A DNA stretch of 64,000 bases from NCBI GenBank assembly GCA_045643285.1, contig JAZUKN010000039.1, positions 13,770 to 77,769 on the forward strand, read 5' to 3'. Position 1 is the stretch's first letter, and each line of letters starts with the position of its first letter. Below the pieces are notes generated by a model. That model had not been told where the DNA came from and did not search any database. It saw nothing but the letters and a program-made list of their open reading frames with translations. The translations under genes were made by a program, and so were the position numbers. The stretch is from Eubacteriales bacterium (lineage in GTDB: Bacteria > Bacillota > Clostridia > Oscillospirales > CAG-272). This document shows, piece by piece, positions 1 through 9,215 of the stretch.

Positions 1-2
1 AT

Positions 3-314
3 GACAAAGCCGTAATGTTCGGTCAGAATCTTTTTGAAGCAGAGCACGGCTTCGTTTGCGAACAGACGCACATGGCACGCGGCTCGTTCATCTCGGATGA
101 AGTCCTGTTAAAAAAGCCGTACAACAACATCAAAACGAACTATGACGCATACGAATACGGCACAATGGCGCGGCTCGATCCGGAATCGTTCGAGGAACAG
201 TCCGCAATCGCCGCAGACAGAATAGATGACTGCATGGTACTGCTCGCCGAAAACAGGATACTGCTCGACAGTGACGAAAGCACCGACAGCGACGGAGAAG
301 AAAATGATAACTGA
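3..314 (+). CDS. hypothetical protein, 3' fragment (gene starts upstream of window)
   Basis: The frame is open from the window edge to TGA 312-314, ending in the acidic tail DSDESTDSDGEENDN. Its stop overlaps the ATG (304) of the next gene. No family recognised. Confidence 0.3.
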   Translation, partial: DKAVMFGQNLFEAEHGFVCEQTHMARGSFISDEVLLKKPYNNIKTNYDAYEYGTMARLDPESFEEQSAIAADRIDDCMVLLAENRILLDSDESTDSDGEENDN

Positions 315-846
315 GATAAAAACAGGACGTCCCGAAAGCACCGACGGACGGCTCGACAAGGAAATACGCTGTTACGATCTGCTCGATTCGCTCGGGATCG
401 AATATCTCCGCGCGGATCACACGGCAGCCGAAACAATGGAAGCGTGCGCGGAGATCGACGGCGCGCTCGGGTGCGAAATGTGCAAGAATCTGTTCCTCTC
501 GAACAGGCAGAAGACGGAGTTTTATCTGCTTCTTGTAAAAGGCGAAAAACCGTTCAAGACAAAGGACGTGTCGCACGAGCTTGGAGTGGCGCGGCTGTCG
601 TTCGCGGACGGAGAAGATATGGAAAAATACCTCGACATAACGCCCGGCTCGGTCAGCGTGCTCGGACTGATGAACGATAAAGACGGTCGCGTGCGTCTGC
701 TTGTCGACAAAGACCTCATGGCTGACGAATACATAGGATGCCATCCGTGCATCAACACGTCGTCGCTGAAGATAAAGACGGCGGATTTATTCGGCAAATT
801 CCTGCCGGCAGTAAAGCACGGTTACACGGAAGTTACGGTAAACTAA
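304..846 (+). CDS. YbaK/ProX-type aminoacyl-tRNA trans-editing domain protein
   Basis: 180 aa from ATG 304, with GGAG about 7 nt upstream; the ORF-track start at 226 looks over-extended. KNLFL..FYLLLV, LSFA, ITPGSVSVLGLMND and IGCHPCINTSSL resemble the prolyl-tRNA-synthetase-associated deacylase family. Confidence 0.7.
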   Translation: MITEIKTGRPESTDGRLDKEIRCYDLLDSLGIEYLRADHTAAETMEACAEIDGALGCEMCKNLFLSNRQKTEFYLLLVKGEKPFKTKDVSHELGVARLSFADGEDMEKYLDITPGSVSVLGLMNDKDGRVRLLVDKDLMADEYIGCHPCINTSSLKIKTADLFGKFLPAVKHGYTEVTVN

Positions 847-869
847 AAAGAGCCAAAAGGCTCTTTTTT
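847..869 (+). terminator. rho-independent terminator
   Basis: The hairpin aaagagcc-aaaa-ggctcttt is followed by a T-run, directly after the stop at 846. Confidence 0.75.
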
Positions 870-910
870 GTTTATTGAATAATGAATGATTAGGCAGAGC
901 AAACAAAAGC

Positions 911-1281
911 CTTGCAGTCGCTTTGTAACAAAGGGGATTCCAACCGAGATGCGAAGCATCTCGACGACTTCGTTTACGAAGTCGGGAGGCGTGAATTGAC
1001 GAAGTCCTTCCACCTAAGCGGGATGATTCACAAGAGCGTCGCGTCGGTTTCGACGAAGTCGAATACCGGCTTGTCCGCCGTCCGCCCGTTCGTAAACGAA
1101 CAGGACAAAAAGATAATTTTGAAAACGTCGCAGACGTTTTCTACCTTTTGCCTATATAAAGTGCGTGCAGATCCGGCGGCGGGAGTGAACCCCTGCCCTA
1201 CGGACAAGAGGTGGATATATCGTGCGCAGCCGTGGATTTTGTGCAAGTTAAAGAAAAGTGAAGTTTGCGCTGCGCGCAAGT
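911..1281 (+). repeat. modular hairpin-array intergenic element, unit R1 (direct)
   Basis: Ordered modules are F 921-936, D 944-963, E 967-983, an H/G-like stretch, A 1121-1141, a J unit at about 1170-1246, and a TGAAGT + GC-palindrome tail at 1256-1281. It is about 85% alignable by eye to the reverse complement of 51608-51904. Confidence 0.85.
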
Positions 1282-3276
1282 TTAGTCACGCGGCGGCTTG
1301 CCGCGAAGAAATTCGCTGACTTCCTTGTCCTCCATCATGAATTCCTCAGCCGATACGCCGTCGATCGGTGTGATGTATCTCTTCGCCTGCGTCGTGAACA
1401 GCTCATAATACCTGCCGCGGTTCTTCATAAGCTCGGAGTGCGTGCCCGTTTCGATGACTTCGCCGTTCTCGATCACTATGATCTTGTTCGCAACCGTTGC
1501 GCTCGACAGACGGTGAGAAACGAATATCGTAGTTTTATCTTTGCGGAGTCGGTCGAACTGGTTGTATATATCCTGCTCGGCGATAGCGTCAAGGCTGGCT
1601 GTCGGCTCGTCGAGGATGATCACGTCCGAATCCGAATAGAACGCTCTCGCTATCGACAGCTTCTGCCACTGCCCTATTGACAGCTCCGTTCCCGTTTCCT
1701 CAAAATAGCGCATAAGAGGCGTATTGTAGCCGCCCGGCAGTTTTTCGATGAACACGCTCGCCGTCGACTGCTGTGCAGCCTCTTCGACTTTCGCGTCGTC
1801 CGCTTCCTTGCCAATCTGACCGAACATTATGTTTTCCTTGACCGAAACGGCGTACTTCCCGAAGTCCTGGAAGATTATGCCGAACATCGAATAGAGGTCT
1901 TCCGTGTCGTATTCCTTGATGTTGTAGCCGTCGAGAAGAATTTCTCCCTCGGTCGGATCGTACAGACGGGTAAGCAGTTTTATGAGCGTTGTCTTCCCTG
2001 CGCCGTTCACACCGACAAGCACACAGGTGTCTCCGGCGTCTATCGTCAGATTGACGTTGTTCAGCACCTTTCTGTCGTGCCCCGGGTAGACGAACGACAC
2101 GTTACGGAACTCAATTTTATGCCCGACGTGATGCGTAATGCGACGAGGCTCCGGAATACTCGGCTTTATCGTCTGTTCCTCGTTCATGAATCTGATGAGG
2201 TTGTCGATGAACAGCGTGCCTTCGTAGATAGTCGCCGTCGTCGAAATGAGCGAGCTTACTCCCGAACTTATCGCCTGAAGTGCGCCGATATACAGCGAAT
2301 AGTCGCCGACCTGGTACCGCCCGTCCGCTACTCCCTTTGCAATATATACGAACATCACGCAGTTTGCGGCAGTCGCAAGGACGCGAAGCCCGACGTTCCA
2401 CAGTCCCTCTCCGACGAACAGCTTCTTTAGCCCTTTGAAATACTGATCAAACGTCCGCTTGTATCTTCCGACAAAGGTATCCGACAGACCGAAAATCTTG
2501 ATCTCCTTTATCATGTCCTTGTCGGTCAGAACGTCGGAATAGTACGACATCTGCCGTCTCTCTTTCGAGTGGAAGCGGACGTAGAAATAGTTTTTCTTAC
2601 GGTAAGTAAACGTAATGACGGCAGTCGGCAGGCTGAGGATGACGAGGATCAACGGAATGAACTTCGACACCGCCGCAAGCACGATAACGAAAGAGATCAT
2701 ACTGATAACAGTGCTTATCATGTTGAAGTTGTTGTTGAGGATGTGGATAGGTCTCATGCCGGCTTCACGCTTTGCGTTCTCGAATCTCTCGTAGAAATCG
2801 GGATCGTCAAAGGACGCGAGGTCGACCTCCCGCGCCTTACGCATTATCTTGAGGTTTATATGATTCACGACAAGCTCGCCTGCTATGTTGTTGACAATAT
2901 TCGAGAGCAGTGACACAAGTGCCGTCAGCAGATTGAACGCGAACATCAGAACGAGCAATGTCACAACGGAGCGGAACTGATTCTCGCCGCCTGTCGTCAC
3001 GGATATGTACGAATCTGCAAGTGCATTCATCACGTCCTTGCCGATAATCGAGCCGATAACGGGCGTAACGCCGTTCCATATCGCCATAAAGATAAGAAAT
3101 ATGAGGATCCACGGACTTGTTTCCCATACGAGTCCGAAAATATAGAAAAGTCGGTAGAAAAATTTCGTCACCACGCGATAGATATACCCGGGAACTTCAC
3201 GGATATTCTTCGGCTTCGGCTCCTTCATTTTCTCGATCATTCTTTCTCTCTGCAACATTTTGCTGCCCGGTCCCAT
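1282..3276 (-). CDS. ABC exporter, fused permease/ATP-binding protein (multidrug/lipid exporter type)
   Basis: 664 aa with an N-terminal multi-TM domain. The NBD carries Walker A GVNGAGKTT, signature LSIGQWQ, Walker B VIILDEPT and H-loop SHRL. The start is ambiguous among Met 1, 7, 13 and 17. Confidence 0.85.
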   Translation of the reverse strand: MGPGSKMLQRERMIEKMKEPKPKNIREVPGYIYRVVTKFFYRLFYIFGLVWETSPWILIFLIFMAIWNGVTPVIGSIIGKDVMNALADSYISVTTGGENQFRSVVTLLVLMFAFNLLTALVSLLSNIVNNIAGELVVNHINLKIMRKAREVDLASFDDPDFYERFENAKREAGMRPIHILNNNFNMISTVISMISFVIVLAAVSKFIPLILVILSLPTAVITFTYRKKNYFYVRFHSKERRQMSYYSDVLTDKDMIKEIKIFGLSDTFVGRYKRTFDQYFKGLKKLFVGEGLWNVGLRVLATAANCVMFVYIAKGVADGRYQVGDYSLYIGALQAISSGVSSLISTTATIYEGTLFIDNLIRFMNEEQTIKPSIPEPRRITHHVGHKIEFRNVSFVYPGHDRKVLNNVNLTIDAGDTCVLVGVNGAGKTTLIKLLTRLYDPTEGEILLDGYNIKEYDTEDLYSMFGIIFQDFGKYAVSVKENIMFGQIGKEADDAKVEEAAQQSTASVFIEKLPGGYNTPLMRYFEETGTELSIGQWQKLSIARAFYSDSDVIILDEPTASLDAIAEQDIYNQFDRLRKDKTTIFVSHRLSSATVANKIIVIENGEVIETGTHSELMKNRGRYYELFTTQAKRYITPIDGVSAEEFMMEDKEVSEFLRGKPPRD

Positions 3277-3420
3277 TTATCAGTCCTGCTTTCTCTTTTT
3301 CTTTATAATAATATACCAATTATACAATAATCTTCACGTTTTTTCAACCGAATGCCGTTTTTTTCACATAAAAATCAAAAATCCCGACCTTTTCCGATCG
3401 GGATAATGAAGAAAAAACCG

Positions 3421-4101
3421 TTATTCGACAGCGAAGAACTGCGCGGCGACCTCCTCTGCCGAGTCTGTGTAAGACGTGATTGCGACTGTCGCAAAGCGCG
3501 GACCGTTCTTTATGATAACGCTGATAGATTCAAGTGAGAGTCCCATGTAGTCACCGTTCATGTGGAATGCCATTTGAGTCTTTCCTGCAAACTCAAACGA
3601 TTCTCTCACGATAACGAGGTTTTCGACTCCGAGTCCGTCGTATGCTTCCTTGAGCTGTTCATCGGCAATATCCATATAGTCTTCAACGGACATCGTGAGT
3701 CCCTTGAATCCGTCGTTTTCGATGTTTATTTCAATAACACCGTAGTCGGTATTGTTCATGGCGTACATTTCGGTCGCGTACGGCGCCTGTTCAAGAGCCT
3801 TTTCGTAGTCGTCGCCGAAAATATCTCCGAGAGATGAAATAACTTGTTCGTTGAGCTGGCGGATTTCGTCTTCAGTTGCGAATACCCAGTTTTCGTCGAG
3901 TGTTACGCCGATGCCGAGATATTCGCTCTTGTAGGTGTTGCCGTCGACTGTGCCGGGCGAGAATTTTTTGGTCGCGGTTTCGCCGTCCGACGATTCTTTG
4001 ATCTCTTCGCCGATTTTTTCTGCCACTTCGGCAATTTTTCCGCAGGAGACGAGAGAAACGAGCAAAACGAGTGCGAGTAAGAGTGCCGTGATCTTTTTCA
4101 T
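3421..4101 (-). CDS. lipoprotein, function unknown
   Basis: 226 aa with signal peptide MKKITALLLALVLLVSLVSCGK, which contains a lipobox Cys. No family recognised. Confidence 0.65.
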   Translation of the reverse strand: MKKITALLLALVLLVSLVSCGKIAEVAEKIGEEIKESSDGETATKKFSPGTVDGNTYKSEYLGIGVTLDENWVFATEDEIRQLNEQVISSLGDIFGDDYEKALEQAPYATEMYAMNNTDYGVIEINIENDGFKGLTMSVEDYMDIADEQLKEAYDGLGVENLVIVRESFEFAGKTQMAFHMNGDYMGLSLESISVIIKNGPRFATVAITSYTDSAEEVAAQFFAVE

Positions 4102-4188
4102 GTTGTCCTCCGAATGAAATGATTTATTAAATCTGCGACATATTATATCATATTCATTTGGTTAAGTCAAGTTAACCAAATGAAAAAC

Positions 4189-5001
4189 TCATACATCAAG
4201 CGCACTTTCACGCCTGTTAAGTATGATGAATCCGCGCCTGTTCACAAAGTCCGCGCGATTTGCCGTGATCTCCCGCCCGTCAATATCGGTGAATATACCG
4301 CCGGCTTCGGTAACGATGCACTGCATGGCGGCTGTGTCCCATTCTTTCGTCTTCGCGCCGAAGCGGTAGTGTACGTCCGCGCGCCCCTCGGCGATAAGAC
4401 AGCCCTTGAAACAGCTCCCGACGGTTAGGATTTCTACAATTTTCGCTCGATTTTTGTTTATCAGCGCGTCGCTCTCCGCCGTTTTGTAGGAGCGGCTGAC
4501 TGCAAGCACTACCCCGTCCGATCTGTCGGAGACGTGTATTCTTTCTCCCTCTCCGAAAGAAAAACCGCGTCTGTATTCACCGAACGTGAGCTTATACGCA
4601 CCAAGTCCCTCTGCGGCGTAGTATAGAAGCTCCTTTTCGGGTATGGCGATGACTCCTGCCGTAACGCGGTGGCCGCGCGAAAAACCGATAGACACGGCAA
4701 ACTCTCCCGTGCGGTTAACAAACTCCACCGTTCCGTCGAGCGGATCGACAATGAACACGCCGTTTTCGTTCGTCAGTCTCTCTGTGTTGTCTTCGCTTTC
4801 CTCCGAAAGAACGGATGATGCCGGATACGCCTCTCTGAGAAGCGGAAGTATTATTTTCTCCGATGCAAGGTCAGCCGAAGTCACCGGCGATTCGTCCGAT
4901 TTATAATCGACTTTGTATTCTCCGCGGTAGATCTCCGAAATTTTCAGCGATGCGCGGTACGCGGCTTCGCACATCGACGGAATAAGCTCTCTTTCAGTCA
5001 T
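4189..5001 (-). CDS. inositol monophosphatase / 3'(2'),5'-bisphosphate nucleotidase (CysQ-like) family protein
   Basis: 270 aa carrying the family motifs SEESED, VDPLDGT and WDTAA. Confidence 0.75.
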   Translation of the reverse strand: MTERELIPSMCEAAYRASLKISEIYRGEYKVDYKSDESPVTSADLASEKIILPLLREAYPASSVLSEESEDNTERLTNENGVFIVDPLDGTVEFVNRTGEFAVSIGFSRGHRVTAGVIAIPEKELLYYAAEGLGAYKLTFGEYRRGFSFGEGERIHVSDRSDGVVLAVSRSYKTAESDALINKNRAKIVEILTVGSCFKGCLIAEGRADVHYRFGAKTKEWDTAAMQCIVTEAGGIFTDIDGREITANRADFVNRRGFIILNRRESALDV

Positions 5002-5088
5002 ATTTTTCTCCGATCGTGTAATATACTGTAATTATAACCCCGTTAGGCGGAAAAATCAATCGCAGTCCATCTATTTAAGGAGAAAGGT

Positions 5089-5385
5089 ATGAAAAAGAAC
5101 GTTTATTCATCCGGCGTGAGTCGTAAATCCGACAAAAACGAAGAAAAATCAGAATTCAGGCGCGGCTCGCTGTACGGCGGACTGTTCGCGCTCGGCGTTG
5201 TCGCAATATGCGCGTCGCTCGTGATTCCGCTCGGCACAAAAAAAGATACGCTTGAATCGGACACCCGTGACGCCGTCGCCGTGATGAGCACGGAAAACGA
5301 GATCCCTGCAAGCACGGAAGAAGAAAACTCGATATTTGAGCTGATCGGCAATGCGCTCGCCGACATAATAAACGGGCTGAAATGA
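5089..5385 (+). CDS. small membrane protein, unknown function
   Basis: 98 aa with one TM segment (LYGGLFALGVVAICASLVIPL). AGGAGA lies upstream, and its stop overlaps the next ATG as ATGA. Confidence 0.55.
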   Translation: MKKNVYSSGVSRKSDKNEEKSEFRRGSLYGGLFALGVVAICASLVIPLGTKKDTLESDTRDAVAVMSTENEIPASTEEENSIFELIGNALADIINGLK

Positions 5386-5876
5386 TTCTTTTTCCGCTCG
5401 TTCTCGCAGTTCTGCTCCACGAAATCGGGCATATCACGGCGGCGCGGCTCTGCGGTGTTCCGCTCGTTTCGCTGGGGTGGAAAGGGGTGGGGCTGTCGAT
5501 GCAGTTCGACTTCTCGCACGTCGGATATTTGAAAGAAGCACTCATCCATTCGGGCGGCGCGGTGTTCGGCGTGGCAAGTGCAGTTGTTGCGGTACTGCTC
5601 GGCGAAAGATACTACACTTTTGCGGGAATATCGCTCATCCTTGCGGCGGTAAACCTGTATCCGCTTCCCGTGACCGACGGCGGCGCGATAATCAGAACTG
5701 TCCTGTCGGCGTTCTTTCTTCCCGACACCGCCGAAAAAGTAACGAAAGCCGTGTTCACGCTGTCCCTGCTCGCGCTTTGGTCGGCGGTGTTGTGGTGCGA
5801 GCTCCGCGTCGTGCCGAACCTCGGACTTTTGCTGTTCGTGTGCATATTGACTGTATATTCCCTCTGCACCGGATAG
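5382..5876 (+). CDS. minimal site-2 protease (peptidase M50) family protein
   Basis: 164 aa with HEIGH at residues 13-17 and NLYPLPVTDGG (the S2P NxxPxxxxDG motif) in TM segments. It has no PDZ or CBS domain. Confidence 0.7.
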   Translation: MILFPLVLAVLLHEIGHITAARLCGVPLVSLGWKGVGLSMQFDFSHVGYLKEALIHSGGAVFGVASAVVAVLLGERYYTFAGISLILAAVNLYPLPVTDGGAIIRTVLSAFFLPDTAEKVTKAVFTLSLLALWSAVLWCELRVVPNLGLLLFVCILTVYSLCTG

Positions 5877-5945
5877 CTTTTTCGTCTTGCTTTTTCTCCG
5901 CCACTATAGTATAATTTAGAAAAAAGGTGACTGGAGGAAAAAGCG

Positions 5946-6674
5946 GTGTCTGCGTTGATACTCAAGCTGATAGCGGCTGTTTCTATGGCAGTCGACCACA
6001 CTGGACTGATGCTCTTTCCGCGCGCCGAGATACTGCGATATATCGGGCGGCTCGCTTTTCCGATCTATGCGTTCTTCATCTCGGAGGGTTACCGCCACAC
6101 GCACGACAGAGTGAAATATTTCTTACGGGTATTTTTACTCGGCGTGCTGTGCCAGATCGTCTATACCGTCGCCGAAGACGAGCTTTATATCGGGATTTTG
6201 CTGACGTTCTCGTTCTCGATAGCGATAATGGCGTGTTTTTCGCTCTTTAAGCGTACAGTCGCCAAAAGTGACGAAGTCGTACTCGACAAAGCAGGGCGCA
6301 CTGTCGGACAAGTCCTCGCGGCGCTTCTGTGCGTCGTCTCAGTCGGCGCGGCGTACTTCGTTTCGGCAAACATCACGGTCGACTACGGATTTTCGGGGAT
6401 AATGCTTCCGGTGATCTGCTCGGTCACCGACAATAAACCGGTACGGCTCGCGCTGTTCTCCGTCGGACTTGCGGCAGTAGCACTCGAATATGCGTTTCTT
6501 TCGGGGACATTCGTTGCCGCGGACTTCATAAAGCAGGCGTGCGCTCTCGCCGCAGTACCGCTTCTCTTGCTGTACAACGGAAGTCGCGGCAAATACCGAC
6601 TGAAATATTTCTTCTACATCTTCTATCCGGCGCACCTTGCGCTTTTATATCTTATTTCGGTAGTAATTCATTAA
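5946..6674 (+). CDS. TraX family membrane protein
   Basis: 242 aa with a GTG start. LKLIAAVSMAVDHTG..., RLAFPIYAFFISEGYRHT and the multi-TM profile are typical of the TraX family. Confidence 0.7.
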   Translation: MSALILKLIAAVSMAVDHTGLMLFPRAEILRYIGRLAFPIYAFFISEGYRHTHDRVKYFLRVFLLGVLCQIVYTVAEDELYIGILLTFSFSIAIMACFSLFKRTVAKSDEVVLDKAGRTVGQVLAALLCVVSVGAAYFVSANITVDYGFSGIMLPVICSVTDNKPVRLALFSVGLAAVALEYAFLSGTFVAADFIKQACALAAVPLLLLYNGSRGKYRLKYFFYIFYPAHLALLYLISVVIH

Positions 6675-6690
6675 AAAACAGGAGTACGAA

Positions 6691-7338
6691 ATGGCAAAAT
6701 ATCTGTTGTTCGATCTTGACGGAACGCTGACCGATCCGGTGCTCGGCATCACAAACAGCATAATGTATATGCTCAGAAAAGAGGGGCGCGAGGTGCCGCC
6801 GCGTGAAAAGCTGTACTTTTTCATCGGTCCGCCGCTCATTCCGTCGTTTAAGGAAGTGTTCGGAATGACCGACGAAGAGGCGAAAGTCGCGCTGGAGGAG
6901 TACCGCGAATACTTCTCGACAAAGGGCATCTTCGAGAACGAACCGTACCCGGGGATCGCGGACGCGCTTGACAGGCTGAAAAAAGCCGGCTACGTCATCG
7001 GCACTGCAACGTCGAAGCCGGAGGAGTTTGCGGAGAAGATACTCGTACATTTTGATCTGAGGAAGTATTTCGACTGCGTGACAGGTGCGTCCATGGACGA
7101 GAAACGTGTGTCGAAATCGGACGTTATATCCGATGCGCTGGAGAGAATGGGCGCGGACAGAAATGAAACGATCATGATAGGCGACAGAAAGCACGACGTT
7201 GAGGGCGGACAGGCGCAGAACATACCGACGCTCGGCGTTCTGTGGGGCTACGGCTCACGGGACGAGCTTGAAGCCGCCGGCGCGAAGTGGATCGCGGAGA
7301 CGATCGGCGAAATGGCGGAGATAATAGAGAAAAACTGA
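6691..7338 (+). CDS. HAD-IA family hydrolase (phosphoglycolate phosphatase-like)
   Basis: 215 aa with motif I FDLDGTLTD, motif II GTATSK and motif III/IV GDRKHD. Confidence 0.8.
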   Translation: MAKYLLFDLDGTLTDPVLGITNSIMYMLRKEGREVPPREKLYFFIGPPLIPSFKEVFGMTDEEAKVALEEYREYFSTKGIFENEPYPGIADALDRLKKAGYVIGTATSKPEEFAEKILVHFDLRKYFDCVTGASMDEKRVSKSDVISDALERMGADRNETIMIGDRKHDVEGGQAQNIPTLGVLWGYGSRDELEAAGAKWIAETIGEMAEIIEKN

Positions 7339-7361
7339 AGCGTAAGGGTTCGCACCCTTTT

Positions 7362-7640
7362 GGGGAATCTCGCCACCTCGCACGATATATCATTCTTTAT
7401 CTGTAGGGGAGGGGTTTCCCCTCCTGCTGCTGTTTTGCACAAATCTCACATAGAAGCAATGTAGAAAACACTTCGTGTTTTCAAATAATTTTTTCCACTA
7501 CGCGTGGGGCTACACAACCGAGTTCACTCCGTGAACTCGACGAGATGCTCCGCATCTCGGTGAGTCACTTTCGCGGACTCTTTGTGCGCCCCACGCGCAG
7601 TGGAAAAAACGAACCCAAACGTTAAGTTTGGACAAATCAA
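7362..7640 (-). repeat. modular hairpin-array element, unit R2 (inverted)
   Basis: Contains an inverted J unit at 7362-7445, A 7464-7482, B 7495-7509 and 7589-7603, C 7519-7539, D 7541-7559 and an I-like module at 7615-7631. Confidence 0.85.
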
Positions 7641-7664
7641 ACTACCCCCGGGAGGAAAAACAAT

Positions 7665-8288
7665 ATGACTGAAAAAGAAAAACTCACCCACGGCATGATG
7701 TACGACCCTTTCACCGAGGATATGCCCGATTTGCGCCACAAAGCACACGAACTGTGCCGCGAATATAACTCCCTCGACGAGAACGACCCTCGACGCGCGG
7801 AGATAATCAACGAGCTTATCCCCGAAAATAACGGCGTGTACCTGCAAGGTCCGATACAGTTCGACTACGGCTGTATGACTTCGTTCGGCAAAGGCTCATA
7901 CGCCAACTTCAACCTTGTTGTTGTCGACGGCGCACCCGTGAAAATAGGCGAAAACGTCTTTATCGGACCGAACGTGACGCTCGCGTGCGCCATTCATCCG
8001 CTGATGTACGAGGAGCGCAATCCTTTCGTGCGGGAAGACGGGCAGACGAGCAATCTCGAATACAGCAAGCCGATCACGATAGGCTCAAATTGCTGGCTCG
8101 CGGCAGGCGTGACGGTCTGCGGAGGTGCAACGATCGGAGAAGGCTCGGTCATCGGTGCAGGCAGTGTCGTCACACGCGATATTCCGCCGCACTCATTCGC
8201 GGCAGGAGTTCCTGCAAGAGTCATCCGCACGATCACCGAAGCGGATTCGGTGAAGCTCAAACCGGAGCTGTGGGAGGAAGAAAAATGA
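7665..8288 (+). CDS. maa: maltose/galactoside O-acetyltransferase family (hexapeptide-repeat) protein
   Basis: 207 aa. An N-terminal Mac-type segment ([10 protein letters not shown]...H.L...YN) is followed by left-handed beta-helix hexapeptide repeats ([33 protein letters not shown]). Confidence 0.8.
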   Translation: MTEKEKLTHGMMYDPFTEDMPDLRHKAHELCREYNSLDENDPRRAEIINELIPENNGVYLQGPIQFDYGCMTSFGKGSYANFNLVVVDGAPVKIGENVFIGPNVTLACAIHPLMYEERNPFVREDGQTSNLEYSKPITIGSNCWLAAGVTVCGGATIGEGSVIGAGSVVTRDIPPHSFAAGVPARVIRTITEADSVKLKPELWEEEK

Positions 8289-9145
8289 AAAAAATCGAAC
8301 CCGGAGTATTAAAACTGAATATTGCGGACCGTCCGCAGGACTTTTACAGCAAAATTGCCGGAAGCCGAGCCGCTGTGATCTTTCTGGCGCTGGTCGGAAT
8401 TTTTGCAGGCGTTTTCGTCTTCATTCTGCCGTGCTTACATATTACATACGATAAAACCGAGGCCCGTACTGTAAACTATGTGAACTTTGAAGCAGAACAA
8501 AGCCGCTCTTTTGAGGGAAAAATGCGTTTCTCCGACGGCACTGACGGCAATGTTTATGTCCGTGACGGAGCAGAGGAATTTGCAGGCGTGATAAACGCAC
8601 TTGAGGCAGGAGAGCCTCTTGAGATCCGAGTAAATCCCAGAAACGGATATATCCTCGAGATCAAAACGGGTGACGGAGAACTATTGGGATTTGATAAAGC
8701 GGAAAGCGAAGTATACGACCGCGTGGGCGAGAGAAGATTCATCGGGATAATGTTTATTACGTTGTCCGTTTTTCTGCTCGCAGTGGGGCTGATCTATAAT
8801 TCTTCTTTGAATAAAGAACGCGAGAGGCAGAAAAAGAAGAATGAAAAAATGATCAACGGCACAGATACACCTGTGATCCGCACCCCGAAGACGGAGAGCA
8901 AAACAAAGATCCTGCTGTCTTCAAAGGTCAAGGATTACGAAATAGTGTACCGCCGGACGAAAACAGTGAACGAGCTTGTTGTGAACGGGTACGTTTACGA
9001 CAGCATGAAAGCACTCGTCGAAGTGACACATGAGCTGAGCGCAGTCGTCGACGGGCATGAGATCGCAGTCGGACTCGATTATGAATCGTACAGCTACATC
9101 AAATTCGACGGAGCGGTCGTGGCGAAGAAGAGGCGGCTTGTCTGA
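8285..9145 (+). CDS. membrane protein, unknown function
   Basis: 286 aa from ATG 8285, which overlaps the maa stop as ATGA. It has two predicted TM segments and a Lys-rich linker. The ORF-track start at 7985 is an out-of-frame overlap with maa. Confidence 0.55.
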   Translation: MKKIEPGVLKLNIADRPQDFYSKIAGSRAAVIFLALVGIFAGVFVFILPCLHITYDKTEARTVNYVNFEAEQSRSFEGKMRFSDGTDGNVYVRDGAEEFAGVINALEAGEPLEIRVNPRNGYILEIKTGDGELLGFDKAESEVYDRVGERRFIGIMFITLSVFLLAVGLIYNSSLNKERERQKKKNEKMINGTDTPVIRTPKTESKTKILLSSKVKDYEIVYRRTKTVNELVVNGYVYDSMKALVEVTHELSAVVDGHEIAVGLDYESYSYIKFDGAVVAKKRRLV

Positions 9146-9160
9146 GGGAACCCAATAATA

Positions 9161-9196
9161 CAACAACCCCGACAGAATAATCTGTCGGGGTTGTTG
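9161..9196. terminator. bidirectional rho-independent terminator
   Basis: A perfect 16-bp stem, caacaaccccgacaga/tctgtcggggttgttg, lies between convergent genes. Confidence 0.8.
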
Positions 9197-9215
9197 TTGT
9201 CTTGTTCTGTCTGTA

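Noticed and set aside
912-1319. ORFs lying inside the hairpin-array elements: 912-1319, 12539-12948, 15917-16173, 25934-26193, 51666-51887, 52002-52238, 55019-55210 and 62718-62985.
   Set aside because: Homologous element copies do not preserve any reading frame, because module indels are not multiples of 3. None has an RBS. The translations are low-complexity read-outs of palindromes.
7985-8284. A 100-aa N-terminal extension of the 8285-9145 gene in the ORF track (386-aa version).
   Set aside because: The extension overlaps the 3' third of the acetyltransferase gene in another frame and is Arg-rich. ATG 8285 forms an ATGA overlap with the maa stop and begins a sensible MKKIEPG... membrane protein.
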